A stretch of 64,000 bases of DNA from an uncultured Gemmatimonadales bacterium (GCA_963851265.1 CAWKNZ010000012.1:32001-96000); one strand, 5' to 3'; positions 33,541-43,942 are shown, numbered from the stretch's first letter. Program-made: numbers and translations. The notes: generated by a model not told the origin, from the sequence alone.

Positions 33541-33566
33541 CGGGGTGTTCCTCGGGGTTGGGGGCG

Positions 33567-33899
33567 TCACCACGACACCGGGTGCGCCGCGTGGGGCGCG
33601 CGCCCGTCGTGCAGCGCGACCGCGCGCACGAGCAGCTCGCGCGCCGCGCGCCAGAGGTCGGCGTTCTCCCCCGGCTCGACATGCTGGAGATCGTATTCGA
33701 CCGACTCGAGCGCCTGCCGCGGGGTCGAGCACGCGATCAACCGCTGGCCGGCGTACTCCTCGGGCGTGTCGGCTACGGGGACGTACGTCTCGCCCCCGGT
33801 CCGCCGGGCGTGCTCCAGCGCGGCGTTGGCGCGGGCGAGGTAGTCCGCGCCGATGCGCGTGAGGTCGTGGACGGTGAGCGGCGGACGAACGTCGGACAT
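33567..33899 (-). CDS. Hypothetical protein
   Basis: 110-aa ORF with ATG, typical codon pattern and non-shadow composition. Confidence 0.55.
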   Translation of the reverse strand: MSDVRPPLTVHDLTRIGADYLARANAALEHARRTGGETYVPVADTPEEYAGQRLIACSTPRQALESVEYDLQHVEPGENADLWRAARELLVRAVALHDGRAPHAAHPVSW

Positions 33900-34006
33900 G
33901 AGCGGGTGGGCGGAGACGGGCGCGTGGTGTGGGCGGCGCGAGGGTGGCGCCCGAATATGCGACGCCGTTCAGGCGCCGCGAGAGGGTCGGTCGCGGTCGG
34001 CGCCCC

Positions 34007-35911
34007 TCACGGCCCCGGGTCCGGATGCGCCGCCCGCTGCGCCTCGTAATGACGCCGCAGCACCTCGAACGCCTGCTTGCGCTCCCCGCGCTCCGAGACC
34101 AGCCCCTTCCGGTTGAAATAGTCCTGCAGCCCCGGCAGCGGGCGCCGCGGCGAGCGGAAGTCCTTCAGGATCCACGGCGTCATCCCCGCGAGGAACGGGA
34201 TCCGTGCGAGCATCGCCACCTGATGCTCGTAGAGGCGGGCCTGGTACTCCTCCGTCCACCGACCGGCCGCCGCTCCGTGCCGCCCCTGCAGCGCGCCGCC
34301 GCCCAGCTCGCTCATCACGAGCGGCTTGTCGAACGCGCTCGTCCACCGGACGCTGTCGGCCTTCTCGATCGGGCCGTCGTACCAGCCGAGGTACTCGTTG
34401 TTGCCGACCACGTCGAGGTAGTTGCCTAACGGGTCGTCGATCGCGATGGTGTGCGGGTCCGCGTAGCGGTGCTCCAGCGCGGCCGTGACCAGGCGCGTCG
34501 AGTCGAGCAGCCGCGCCCGGTCGACGAGCGCCTTGAGGAAGGTGATGCGCGGCCCCGCGGCGGGGTTCGAGTCGCGCGGCGTCTCGTTGGCCACCGACCA
34601 GAGCGCGACGGCGGCGCGGTTGCGGTCGCGCGTGATCATCTCGCCGAGCTGCTGGCGGGCGAGCGCCAGCGTCGCCGGGTTCTCCCACGCGATGGTCCAG
34701 TACACCGGGATCTCGGCCCACACGAGGACGCCCATCTCGTCGGCCGCGCGCAGCATCGCCTCGTCGTGCGGGTAGTGCGCGAGGCGCACGAAGTTGCCAC
34801 CGAGGTCGTGCACCCAGCCCAGCAGCGTGCGCGCGTCGTCGCGGCTGAAGGCGCGCCGCGCCTCGTAGGGCGCCTCCTCGTGCACCGCGATGCCGCGCAG
34901 GAAGATCGGGCGCCCGTTGAGCAGGATCTGCGTGCCGCGCACGCCGACGGTGCGGAAGCCGATGCGGTCGCGCACCGTCTCGCCCGCGGTCGCCACCTCG
35001 ACGTCGTAGAGCGTCGGGCGCCCGGTCGACCAGCGCGCGAGGCGCGTCGCGTCGAGCGAGAGCGCGGCGCGCCCGTCGGCGTCGGGCGTCACGGTCTGGC
35101 TGAGGCCCGCGGACGGGATGCGCACCGTGACCGGCGTCGTCGCGGCCGCGGCGCCGTCGAGCTGCACCCAGCCCCGCGCGCGCTCGGGGTGCCGGGGGTC
35201 CAGCTGCAGCGTGTAATCGCGCACGAACGTGGCCGGCGCCTCGACGAGCGTCACCTCGCGCGTGAGCCCGCCGTAGTTCCACCAGTCCGAGTTGACGGTC
35301 GGCACGGCCTCGGGGCGCCGGCGGTTGTCGACCTTGACGACGAGATCGTTAGGCCCCGGCCGCAGCAGGCGCGTCACCTCGAAGTCGAACGGCGTGAAGC
35401 CGCCCTCGTGCACGCCGAGCTCGCTGCCGTTGAGCCACACGCGGGCCTCGTAGTTGGCCGCGCCGAAATGCACGAACAGCCGGCGCCCGGGCGCGAGGGC
35501 GCGCGTGAAGCTCGTCTTGTACCAGACCGTGCCCTCGTACCAGAGCAGGTCCGCGCGCTGGGTGTTCCAGTCGCCCGGCACGGCGAGCTGCGGCGAGCGG
35601 TCGAAGTCGTACTCGACGAGCTCGTTGCCCTCGGGCCTGCGGTTGCGGAAGTAGCCGTTGGGGTCGGGGCGGTGCCGGTAGTTGTAGTAGCCGTTCTCGA
35701 ACGGGTCGACGATCGTCGACCAGCGGCCGTCGAGCGTCGTGGTCAGGCGTCCGGCGACGTTCGTGATGAGCGGCGCCGTCACGCCCGGCGTGGCCGCGCC
35801 CGGCGTGGCCGCGCCCGGCATAACCGCGTCCTGCGCCGCGGCGGGGCGCGGCGACACGGCCAACACCATGGCGGCGAACGCCGCGGCGGCCGCCGGCGTC
35901 GCCGCCCTCAC
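34007..35911 (-). CDS. GH2 beta-glucuronidase-like glycoside hydrolase, secreted
   Basis: VPGDWN, HEGGFTPF, DWWNYGG, NFVRLAHYPH, WSVANE (acid/base), VMSELGG (nucleophile), KDFRSPRR..NRKGLV; GTGA overlap with the AraC stop. Confidence 0.92.
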   Translation of the reverse strand: MRAATPAAAAAFAAMVLAVSPRPAAAQDAVMPGAATPGAATPGVTAPLITNVAGRLTTTLDGRWSTIVDPFENGYYNYRHRPDPNGYFRNRRPEGNELVEYDFDRSPQLAVPGDWNTQRADLLWYEGTVWYKTSFTRALAPGRRLFVHFGAANYEARVWLNGSELGVHEGGFTPFDFEVTRLLRPGPNDLVVKVDNRRRPEAVPTVNSDWWNYGGLTREVTLVEAPATFVRDYTLQLDPRHPERARGWVQLDGAAAATTPVTVRIPSAGLSQTVTPDADGRAALSLDATRLARWSTGRPTLYDVEVATAGETVRDRIGFRTVGVRGTQILLNGRPIFLRGIAVHEEAPYEARRAFSRDDARTLLGWVHDLGGNFVRLAHYPHDEAMLRAADEMGVLVWAEIPVYWTIAWENPATLALARQQLGEMITRDRNRAAVALWSVANETPRDSNPAAGPRITFLKALVDRARLLDSTRLVTAALEHRYADPHTIAIDDPLGNYLDVVGNNEYLGWYDGPIEKADSVRWTSAFDKPLVMSELGGGALQGRHGAAAGRWTEEYQARLYEHQVAMLARIPFLAGMTPWILKDFRSPRRPLPGLQDYFNRKGLVSERGERKQAFEVLRRHYEAQRAAHPDPGP

Positions 35912-36819
35912 GCGACGCCCCCCGCCTCGCGCGCCGCCTGCGCGCCCCGCAGCCGCTCGATGTCGCGCAGTGGCGGGGACCCGAACAGCCGTCGGTACTC
36001 GCGGCTGAACTGCGACGCGCTCTCGTAGCCCACGCGCTGGCTCGCCGTGGCCGCGTCCGCGCCCTCGGTGAGCAGGATGCGCCGCGCCTCCTGCAGCCGC
36101 AGCTGCTTCTGGAACTGCAGGGGGCTCATGCTCGTCACCGCCTTGAACCACGCGTGCATCGTCGAGGGGCTCATGTTGACCTCGCGCGCCAGCTCCTCCA
36201 TCCGGATCGGCCGCGTCGCGTTCCGTTTCAGCCACTCCAGCCCGGCCGCGATGCGCTGCACCTGCCCGTTGTCGGCGCGCAAGCGGCGCAGCAGCCCGCT
36301 CCGCTCCCCGAGCAGCAGGCGGTAGAAGATCTCGCGGCGGACGAGTGGGGCGAGGATCGGGATCTGCGCCGGCGTGCGCAGCAGCCGCACGTAGCGGATG
36401 ACGGCGTCCAACAGCTCGGCGTCGAGCGGACTCGCGAACACGCTCTGCTGGTGGCGCGATTCCGCCTCCAGCGGCATCCCCGACTCGAGAATCAGCGCGC
36501 CGATCTCGGCGAAGTCGAGCTCGATCGCGACGCCGAGGCAGGGCGTCTCGGGTGTCGCCTCGACGATCTGGCCGAGTAGCGGCAGGTCGAGCGAGAGGAC
36601 GAGGTACGTGTTGGGGTCGTACAGGTAGCGCGCGTCTTTCACGAGCACGCTCTTCACGCCCTGGGCGACGACGCAGAGTACGGCGCGGTCGACCGTGTGC
36701 CGCGGTGCGGTGGTCGTGGTGAACCGCGACAGGTGCAGTCCCGGCAGCGCCGTCGCGGTGAAGCCTTCCCGCGCGCTGAGCTCCGTGACGAGCGCCGCGA
36801 GCTGCTCGATCTGTGGCAC
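35908..36819 (-). CDS. AraC family transcriptional regulator
   Basis: LCVVAQGVK N-domain; ELAREVNMSPS..FKAVTSMSPLQFQKQLRLQEAR..VGYESASQFSREYRRLFG. Confidence 0.93.
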   Translation of the reverse strand: MPQIEQLAALVTELSAREGFTATALPGLHLSRFTTTTAPRHTVDRAVLCVVAQGVKSVLVKDARYLYDPNTYLVLSLDLPLLGQIVEATPETPCLGVAIELDFAEIGALILESGMPLEAESRHQQSVFASPLDAELLDAVIRYVRLLRTPAQIPILAPLVRREIFYRLLLGERSGLLRRLRADNGQVQRIAAGLEWLKRNATRPIRMEELAREVNMSPSTMHAWFKAVTSMSPLQFQKQLRLQEARRILLTEGADAATASQRVGYESASQFSREYRRLFGSPPLRDIERLRGAQAAREAGGVA

Positions 36820-37006
36820 CTGCCTCCGTTGCTGTCGTCGTGTGGGCCGCGACGGAACGTACGCGTGCGCGCGCCGCGGAGACAGGAACGTCGGAGCATC
36901 GGGCAAGTATTCCCGAGGATCGGTCAACGTGTTCCCGCGCCGCTGCCAGCGAACCTTGGGCAGGCACTCGGCGCCGACCATCACGCGACCTCGGGGGGAT
37001 CGACAC

Positions 37007-38047
37007 ATGCGGTACAATCGATTGGGCACGACGGGGCTCTTCGTCTCGGAGCTGTGCCTCGGCACGATGACCTTCGGCGCGAGCGACCAGTACGCGTTCA
37101 TGGGCGCGGTGGCGCAGGCCGACGCCGACGCGATGGTGCGCCGTGCGATCGAGGCGGGCGTCAATGTCTTCGACACGGCCGACACCTACTCCGGCGGCAA
37201 CTCCGAACGGATCACCGGGCAGGCGCTGAAGAATCTGGGCGTCGCGCGCGACGAGGTCGTCGTCGCGACCAAGGTGTTCGGCGAGACCGGCCCGGGTCCT
37301 AACGGCCGCGGCTCGTCGCGCGCGCACATCATCGCCGGCGCGCACGCGAGCCTCGAACGGCTGCAGCTGGACCACATCGACCTCTACCAGCTGCACGGCT
37401 TCGATCCGGCCACGCCGATCGAGGAGAGCCTCGGCGCGCTCACGGACCTCGTGCGACAGGGCCTCGTCCGCTACGTGGGGGTGTCCAACTGGGCGGCGTG
37501 GCAGATCGCCAGGGCGGTCGGCGTCGCGGAGCGCCTCGGGCTCACGAAGCCCGCCTCGCTGCAGGCGTACTACACCATCGCCGGACGCGACGTCGAGCGC
37601 GAGATCGTCCCGATGCTCGCGAGCGAGGGGTTGGGCATGCTCGTCTGGAGCCCGCTCGCCGGCGGGCTGCTGAGCGGCAAGATCGGGCGCGAGCAACCGA
37701 GTGCGGAGGGGACGCGCCGCGCCGCGTTCGCGTTCCCGCCGGTCGCGATGGACCGCGCGTACGACGTGCTCGACGCGCTGCGCCCGATGGCCGAGCAGAA
37801 GGGCGTCTCGGTCGCCCAGCTCGCCCTCGCGTGGCTCCTCCACCAACCGGCCGTGACGAGCGTGATCCTCGGCGCCAAGCGCCTCGACCAGCTGAACGAC
37901 AATCTCGGCGCGGCGGACGTCACGTTCACGGCCGAGGAGCTGGCGGCGCTCGACGAGGTCAGCCGGCTACCCGCGGAGTACCCCGGCTGGATGTTGGGCA
38001 TGTGGGGCCAGGAGCGCGCCGCGCAGCTCGCGGGCTCGCGGAGCTGA
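37007..38047 (+). CDS. Aldo/keto reductase
   Basis: LCLGTMTFG, FDTADTYS, ATKV, DLYQLHG, WSPLAGGLLSGK. Confidence 0.94.
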   Translation: MRYNRLGTTGLFVSELCLGTMTFGASDQYAFMGAVAQADADAMVRRAIEAGVNVFDTADTYSGGNSERITGQALKNLGVARDEVVVATKVFGETGPGPNGRGSSRAHIIAGAHASLERLQLDHIDLYQLHGFDPATPIEESLGALTDLVRQGLVRYVGVSNWAAWQIARAVGVAERLGLTKPASLQAYYTIAGRDVEREIVPMLASEGLGMLVWSPLAGGLLSGKIGREQPSAEGTRRAAFAFPPVAMDRAYDVLDALRPMAEQKGVSVAQLALAWLLHQPAVTSVILGAKRLDQLNDNLGAADVTFTAEELAALDEVSRLPAEYPGWMLGMWGQERAAQLAGSRS

Positions 38048-38054
38048 CCGTCAC

Positions 38055-39125
38055 ATGAGCCTCACAAGCTTCCGCACCCTCGGCCGCTCCGGCCTCGTCG
38101 TCAGCCCGCTCGCCCTCGGCACGATGACCTTCGGCGCCGCGCGCTGGGGCTCCCCCGACGACGTGTCGCGCGCGGTGTTCGATGCCTACGTCGACGCGGG
38201 CGGCAACTTCGTCGACACCGCCGACGTGTACGCGAGGGGGCACAGCGAGGAGTTGGTCGGGCGGTACATCGCCGAGCGTGGGTTGCGCGACCAGATCGTC
38301 CTCGCGACCAAGTTCGGGTTCAACGCCGCCGCGCCCGACCCGCACGCCGGCGGCAACGGCCGCAAGCACGTCTACCGCGCGCTCGAGGGGTCGCTCCGGC
38401 GCCTCGAGACCGACCACGTCGACCTGTACTGGCTGCACGTGTGGGACACGGTCACGCCCGCCGAGGAGGTGCTGCAGACGTTGGGCGACCTCGTGCGCTC
38501 GGGGAAGGTCCGATACTTCGGCCTCTCCGACATGCCGGCGTGGTACGCGGCCAAGATGGCGACGCTGGCCGCGTCGCACGGCGTGCCGGGCCCGGTCGCG
38601 ATGCAGCTCGAGTACTCGCTCGTCGAGCGAACGATCGAGCGTGAGTACGTGCCCGCCGCGCGCGACCTCGGGCTCGGCGTCGTGCCGTGGAGCCCGCTCG
38701 CGGGCGGGTTCCTCGCGGGCAAGTACCGGCGGGCTGAAGCGGCGGAGGTGGGCGATCCGGCGCCGGACGGAGGGCGGCTCGCGGGGCCCAACCCGTTCGG
38801 CAACACGAAGTTCACCGACCGCAACTGGCGCGTGCTCGACGCGCTCCGGGCGGTGGCGGCGGAACTCGGCCGGCCGCCCGCGCAGGTGGCGCTCGCGTGG
38901 ACCGCGGGGCGGCCCGGGGTCACCGCGCCCATCATCGGCGCGAGCCGGCTGGAGCAGCTGCACGACAACGTCGCGTCGCTCGAGGTGGCGCTCACCGCCG
39001 AGCAGCGGCGCGCGCTCGACGAGGCGAGCGCGCCGGAGCCGACGTTCCCGTACCCCATCTTCGAGCCCGCGGTGAACCGCATGATCTTCGGCGGGCACGA
39101 CGTGGCGGGGTTCCCCCTGCGGTAG
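38055..39125 (+). CDS. Aldo/keto reductase
   Basis: LALGTMTFG, VDTADVYA, LATKF, DLYWLH, WSPLAGGFLAGK. Confidence 0.94.
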   Translation: MSLTSFRTLGRSGLVVSPLALGTMTFGAARWGSPDDVSRAVFDAYVDAGGNFVDTADVYARGHSEELVGRYIAERGLRDQIVLATKFGFNAAAPDPHAGGNGRKHVYRALEGSLRRLETDHVDLYWLHVWDTVTPAEEVLQTLGDLVRSGKVRYFGLSDMPAWYAAKMATLAASHGVPGPVAMQLEYSLVERTIEREYVPAARDLGLGVVPWSPLAGGFLAGKYRRAEAAEVGDPAPDGGRLAGPNPFGNTKFTDRNWRVLDALRAVAAELGRPPAQVALAWTAGRPGVTAPIIGASRLEQLHDNVASLEVALTAEQRRALDEASAPEPTFPYPIFEPAVNRMIFGGHDVAGFPLR

Positions 39126-39316
39126 GGGAGCCGGGGCCGGCGCGGGGAACTGGCGCGGGAACGCGGACGTACGCCGTAGGCCGCTGTGCAGGCGGTGACG
39201 GCCCCGCGTGGCCCCGTTGCTGCTCCTGCCGTGGGCCGGCGTGTTGATTACGGTGGTACCGAAAACTGGCCGCAGGCGGGCGTTCGCCCGTCCGATCCGC
39301 AGACGTGAGGCGTACG

Positions 39317-41941
39317 ATGAGCGATACCGGTAGGGTCGATCCGCAGGAGCGCGGGGATCTCGAAGCGCGCAACAGCGTGGAGCACGAACACGGCGCGATC
39401 CGCGGCGACGACCGCGGTCGCCAGCAGCCCAACGCGTGGGAGGCGGCGAAGATCGACCTCGCCTCGGAGGAGGACATGCGCGAGCAGCTCGTCGCCCAGG
39501 GCCGGCCGACGGCGAGCGCGGCCGACGAGGCGTTCCACGGCGACGTGACCGTGCACCCGCCCGAGACGTTCGAGAAGCTCAAGCGCAAGGACATCATGAA
39601 GACCGCCGCCGGGCTCGAGGCGGTCAAGGTGGCGCTGCAGTACGCGGTGGACGAGATGGGCGCGGTCGACTCGACGCGCATGCTCGTCAAGCTCAACCAA
39701 GTGGGTGGGATCGACTGTCAGAGCTGCGCGTGGCCCGACCCCAAGCCCGGGCACCGCTCACCTTTCGCCGAGTACTGCGAGAACGGCGCGAAGGTCACGG
39801 CCGAGGAGAACACGCGCCGGCTCATCTCGCCCGAGTTCTTCCGCCAGCACAGCGTGCAGGAGCTGTCGGAGAAGAGCGACTACTGGCTGGCCAAGCAGGG
39901 GCGCATCGCGCACCCGATGGTGCTGCGCGAGGGCGCCACGCACTACGAGCCGATCGCGTGGGACGACGCGTTCCGGCTGATCGCGCAGGAGCTGAACGCG
40001 CTCGAGTCGCCCGACGAGGCGGCGTTCTACACCTCGGGGCGGACGAGCAACGAGGCCGCCTTCATGTACCAGGTGTTCGTCCGGCAGTTCGGGACCAACA
40101 ACCTGCCCGACTGCTCCAACATGTGCCACGAGTCGAGCGGGGCCGCGCTCACCGACGCGATCGGGATCGGCAAGGGCACGGTCACGCTCGAGGACATCGA
40201 GACCACCGACCTGCTCATCGACATCGGGCACAACCCGGGCAGCTGCCACCCGCGCATGCTGAGCGCGCTGCAGCTGCTCAAGGAGAACGGGGGCAAGGTC
40301 ATCGGCATCAACCCCCTGCCCGAGACGGGGCTCAACCACTTCCACAACCCGCAGAACCTGCGGCACCCGACGCGCGCGCTGCAGGTGTTCGTGGGCTCGG
40401 GCACGAAGATCTCGGACCTGTTCGTGCACCCGCGCATCGCCGGCGACCTCGCGCTGCTCAAGGGCGTGGCGAAGGAGATCGTCGAGGCCGAGGACCGGCG
40501 CCCGGGTACCGTGTTCGACCACGACTTCATCCGCGCGCACACGCACGGGCTCGACGAGTTCGTGGCCGACACGCGCGCGGAGTCGTGGGACGTGATCCTC
40601 GAGGAGAGCGGCGTGTCGCGCGCGCAGATCCGCGAGATCGCCGACATGATCGTGCGGCACCGCAACGTGATCATCTGCTGGGGGATGGGGCTCACGCAGC
40701 AGCCGCAGGCGGTGGCGACCATCCAGCAGGTGGTGAACATCCTGCTGCTGCGCGGCAGCATCGGCAAGCCGGGCGCGGGCGTGTGCCCGGTGCGCGGGCA
40801 CAGCAACGTGCAGGGCGACCGCACGGTGGGCGTGTGGGAGCGCATGCCCGACGAGTTCCTCGACAAGATCGGCGCGGAGTTCCGCTTCGAGCCGCCGCGC
40901 AAGCACGGCCACGACGTGGTCGAGACGCTCAAGGCGATGCACGCGGGCGCGGTGAAGGTGTTCTTCGGCATGGGCGGCAACTTCCTCTCGGCCGGCCCCG
41001 ACACCGAGTACGCCGGCCAGGCGATGCGCCGCTGCCGCCTCACCGCGCAGGTCTCGATCAAGCTCAACCGCGGGCACCTCGTCACCGGCGCGCAGGCGCT
41101 CATCCTGCCGACGTTAGGCCGCGCCGAGCACGACGAGCAGGCGTCGGGGCAGCAGTTCGTCTCGGTCGAGAACTCGATGGGCGTGGTGTCGATGTCCAAG
41201 GGCACGCTCAAGCCGGCGTCGGACGACCTGCTGAGCGAGGTGGCGATCGTCTGCCGGATGGCGAAGGCCACGCTCGGCGCGCGCAGCTCGACCGACTGGG
41301 ACGCGGAGGCCGCGGACTACGACCGCATCCGCGACCACATCGCGCGCGTGGTGCCCGGCTTCGACGACTACAACCGCCGCGTGCGCGAGCCGGGCGGGTT
41401 CTACCTGCCCAACGCGCCGCGAGACAAGCGCGAGTTCACGACGGAGACGGGCAAGGCCAACTTCACCGTGCACCCGATCCACGCGGTGCGGCTGGAGCCC
41501 GGCCAGCTGCTGATGATGTCGATGCGCAGCCACGACCAGTTCAACACCACGGTCTACGGCCTGCACGACCGCTACCGCGGCATCCACAACGAGCGCCGCG
41601 TGATCTTCATGAACGAGGCCGACGTGCGCGAGCGGGGGCTCAGGGAGGGGCAGGTCGTCGACCTCACGAGCCACTGGAACGGCACCGAGCGCGTGGCGCG
41701 GCAGTTCATCGTGGTCACCTACCCCATCCCGCGGCGCTGCACGGCGACGTACTACCCCGAGGCCAACCCGCTCGTGCCGATCGACTCGGTGGCCGAGCGG
41801 AGCAACACGCCGACGTCGAAGTTCGTCGTGCTCACCGTGGCGCCGTCGGCGCGCGCGGGGCGGTTCGACTACGACCGCGTGGAGGCGGCGCAGGGGTCTA
41901 ACGGGAACGGGGCGGCGCGCCGGGCGGTGGCGACGGCGTAG
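39317..41941 (+). CDS. FdhF/YdeP family molybdopterin oxidoreductase
   Basis: GGIDCQSCAWPDP, EYCENGAK, FYTSGRTSNEAAF, NNLPDCSNMCHESSG, RGHSNVQGDRTVG, RSHDQFNTTVYG. Confidence 0.94.
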   Translation: MSDTGRVDPQERGDLEARNSVEHEHGAIRGDDRGRQQPNAWEAAKIDLASEEDMREQLVAQGRPTASAADEAFHGDVTVHPPETFEKLKRKDIMKTAAGLEAVKVALQYAVDEMGAVDSTRMLVKLNQVGGIDCQSCAWPDPKPGHRSPFAEYCENGAKVTAEENTRRLISPEFFRQHSVQELSEKSDYWLAKQGRIAHPMVLREGATHYEPIAWDDAFRLIAQELNALESPDEAAFYTSGRTSNEAAFMYQVFVRQFGTNNLPDCSNMCHESSGAALTDAIGIGKGTVTLEDIETTDLLIDIGHNPGSCHPRMLSALQLLKENGGKVIGINPLPETGLNHFHNPQNLRHPTRALQVFVGSGTKISDLFVHPRIAGDLALLKGVAKEIVEAEDRRPGTVFDHDFIRAHTHGLDEFVADTRAESWDVILEESGVSRAQIREIADMIVRHRNVIICWGMGLTQQPQAVATIQQVVNILLLRGSIGKPGAGVCPVRGHSNVQGDRTVGVWERMPDEFLDKIGAEFRFEPPRKHGHDVVETLKAMHAGAVKVFFGMGGNFLSAGPDTEYAGQAMRRCRLTAQVSIKLNRGHLVTGAQALILPTLGRAEHDEQASGQQFVSVENSMGVVSMSKGTLKPASDDLLSEVAIVCRMAKATLGARSSTDWDAEAADYDRIRDHIARVVPGFDDYNRRVREPGGFYLPNAPRDKREFTTETGKANFTVHPIHAVRLEPGQLLMMSMRSHDQFNTTVYGLHDRYRGIHNERRVIFMNEADVRERGLREGQVVDLTSHWNGTERVARQFIVVTYPIPRRCTATYYPEANPLVPIDSVAERSNTPTSKFVVLTVAPSARAGRFDYDRVEAAQGSNGNGAARRAVATA

Positions 41942-42779
41942 CGGAGTCCCGGACGCCCGCCGCCGTGTCGCCGAGCACGTAGGCCACGGCGGCGAGCACC
42001 ACCGGGCCGGCCCGGCCGAGGTTCAGGAGCGAGTGCCCCTGCCCCTCGACCACGAACCGGCGCGCCCCGGCCGCCACGATCCCCGAATCGGCCCGCCGGA
42101 AGTCGTCGCGCGTGCCGCGCACGAGCGCGACCCGCACCCGCGGGGCGAGCCGCGCCACCTCGGAGTCGACGGCGAAGCTCTCCGCCCCGTGCGGCTCGCG
42201 GCCCAACATGTCGGACAACCCGGTGCGCAGGTGCCCGCGCGCACCCGGGCTCATCGTGACCACGCCCGCGAGTCCCGGCTCGAGCGCCGGAGCGCGCAGG
42301 CGTACCGCCGTCCACACCGCCAGCTCGCCACCGATCGAGTGGCCCGCGATCACGAGCGGCGCCGCGGCCGCGCCGAGCGCGTCGCGCGCGCCCGCGACGA
42401 GCGAGTCGACGTAGGCCAGGTAGACCGCCGTGCGCGTCGGCCCGTTCGGCAACCGCCCGAGCACGCGACGCACGTCGAAGCCGACCACCGCGTACCCGTG
42501 CGCGCTCAACAGTTCGGCCAGCCGCTGGTGGGCGCGCCAGAACCCGACGTCGTTGCCGAAGAAGAACACGACCGCGCGCGGCGGCCCCGGGGCGCGCGCC
42601 GCGCCGCCGTCGGCCGGTCGCGCCGGGTAGAAGTAGAGCGGCGCGCGCCGGAGATCCGGCGCGGCGGGATGGAACGGAGCGTGGGCGCGCGGCAGGACGA
42701 GCGCGGGCACGCCACAGCCGGCGAGCAGCGCTGCCGCGACCGCGACGCTGAGAGCGTGACGGGCCATGGCGTACGGCAT
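41898..42779 (-). CDS. AcvB/VirJ-like alpha/beta hydrolase, probable lipoprotein
   Basis: LLAGC lipobox; VFFFGNDVGFW, GYAVVGFD, IAGHSIGG nucleophile elbow. Confidence 0.7.
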   Translation of the reverse strand: MPYAMARHALSVAVAAALLAGCGVPALVLPRAHAPFHPAAPDLRRAPLYFYPARPADGGAARAPGPPRAVVFFFGNDVGFWRAHQRLAELLSAHGYAVVGFDVRRVLGRLPNGPTRTAVYLAYVDSLVAGARDALGAAAAPLVIAGHSIGGELAVWTAVRLRAPALEPGLAGVVTMSPGARGHLRTGLSDMLGREPHGAESFAVDSEVARLAPRVRVALVRGTRDDFRRADSGIVAAGARRFVVEGQGHSLLNLGRAGPVVLAAVAYVLGDTAAGVRDSATPSPPPGAPPRSR

Positions 42780-42853
42780 CGGGGAATGCGAACACTACTT
42801 CGCCCGGATTCACCGAGCGCCGTCACCGCGCTAAGGAGTCGCTGCGGCGGGCG

Positions 42854-43942
42854 CTAATCGTTCTGCGCGACCGGCCGCGAACGCCGCCGCCCTTGCCGTT
42901 CCTGCTCCTCCGTCGGCACCGTGGGGCGGGCCACCGTCGGCGGCGCGCCGGCCGGTGGCGCGCCCGTCAGCGGCGCGCCCGTCAGCGGGTCAGCCGTCGC
43001 ACGGTCGGCGGTCCGCCGGTCGATCGTCAGTCGGTCGGCCGCGGCCATGGCGGACGGCCTCGACGTCGCGGGCGGCGCGAGCCGCTTCCCCGACATCGGC
43101 CGGTGGGTCGCGGTCTCGGCACGCGACATGGGACGCGAGGCGACCCGTGACGTGACGCGCAGCGTGGCGCTTGGCGAGACGCGCGGCGCCATGTGCGCCG
43201 GCGTCGGTGCGGGCGTCGGTGCCGGCGTGCGCGGGGCGCCATCGCCGTCCGAATGGTGCGCGACGCCGACCGCGACGGGTGCCACGGTCGGCACCAGGCG
43301 CGGCTCGCCGGGTCGCGCTCCCACATGCCGTCCGTCCGCAGCCCGCGCCGTGACGCCGGCCCTGGCTCTCCGTGCCGTGTTCGCCACGCCGAGCCCGGCG
43401 AGAACGGCCGCCCCCGCGACGAGGGCGGTGACGGTGCGCGTCGGGCGCCGGCGGCGCGCGCGCGCACGGGCGACGGGCAGGGCGGGTCGGTCGCGCGCCG
43501 CGAGGTCGCCGATACGGCGGAGCGTGACGCCCTCGACCAGCACCTGCGCGGTGATCGGGTAGAGGCGCACGTTCCCGATCGGCAGGAGCGTGCGCGCCGC
43601 GGCGCGCGTGGCGGCCGCGGCGCCGCGAACCCGTCCGGCGGGCGTGGCAGGGGGCGCGACCTCGAGGTACCGAACGCACCGCGCGTCCAGGTCGACGATG
43701 AGGTCGACGACGGTACCGACCGCCTTCCCGTCCGGCGTTCGCACGTCCCACCCGCGCACGTCGGACTGCCCGTCCACGACCCGCCACGCGCGCGCACGGC
43801 TCAGCCGTTCCAGCGTCGGGTGCTCCGACGACGTGCGCCCGAGCAACGACGCCGGCAACGGCAGACGTCGTGACGGCAGATCTTCGACCGAGGGTCGGGA
43901 ACTCGCGGGCGCGACCTCTACCGACTCCGACGTCTCAGGCAT
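42854..43942 (-). CDS. PRC-barrel domain protein with TM segment and low-complexity tail
   Basis: DVRGWDVRTPDGKAVGTVVDLIVDLDARCVRYLEV..LLPIGNVRL. Confidence 0.7.
   Translation of the reverse strand: MPETSESVEVAPASSRPSVEDLPSRRLPLPASLLGRTSSEHPTLERLSRARAWRVVDGQSDVRGWDVRTPDGKAVGTVVDLIVDLDARCVRYLEVAPPATPAGRVRGAAAATRAAARTLLPIGNVRLYPITAQVLVEGVTLRRIGDLAARDRPALPVARARARRRRPTRTVTALVAGAAVLAGLGVANTARRARAGVTARAADGRHVGARPGEPRLVPTVAPVAVGVAHHSDGDGAPRTPAPTPAPTPAHMAPRVSPSATLRVTSRVASRPMSRAETATHRPMSGKRLAPPATSRPSAMAAADRLTIDRRTADRATADPLTGAPLTGAPPAGAPPTVARPTVPTEEQERQGRRRSRPVAQND

Noticed and set aside
34007..37846. 1279-aa ORF as one giant GH2 protein
   Set aside because: The N-terminal half is shadow sequence over the AraC and AKR genes; the signal peptide and GH2 domain start near 35911.
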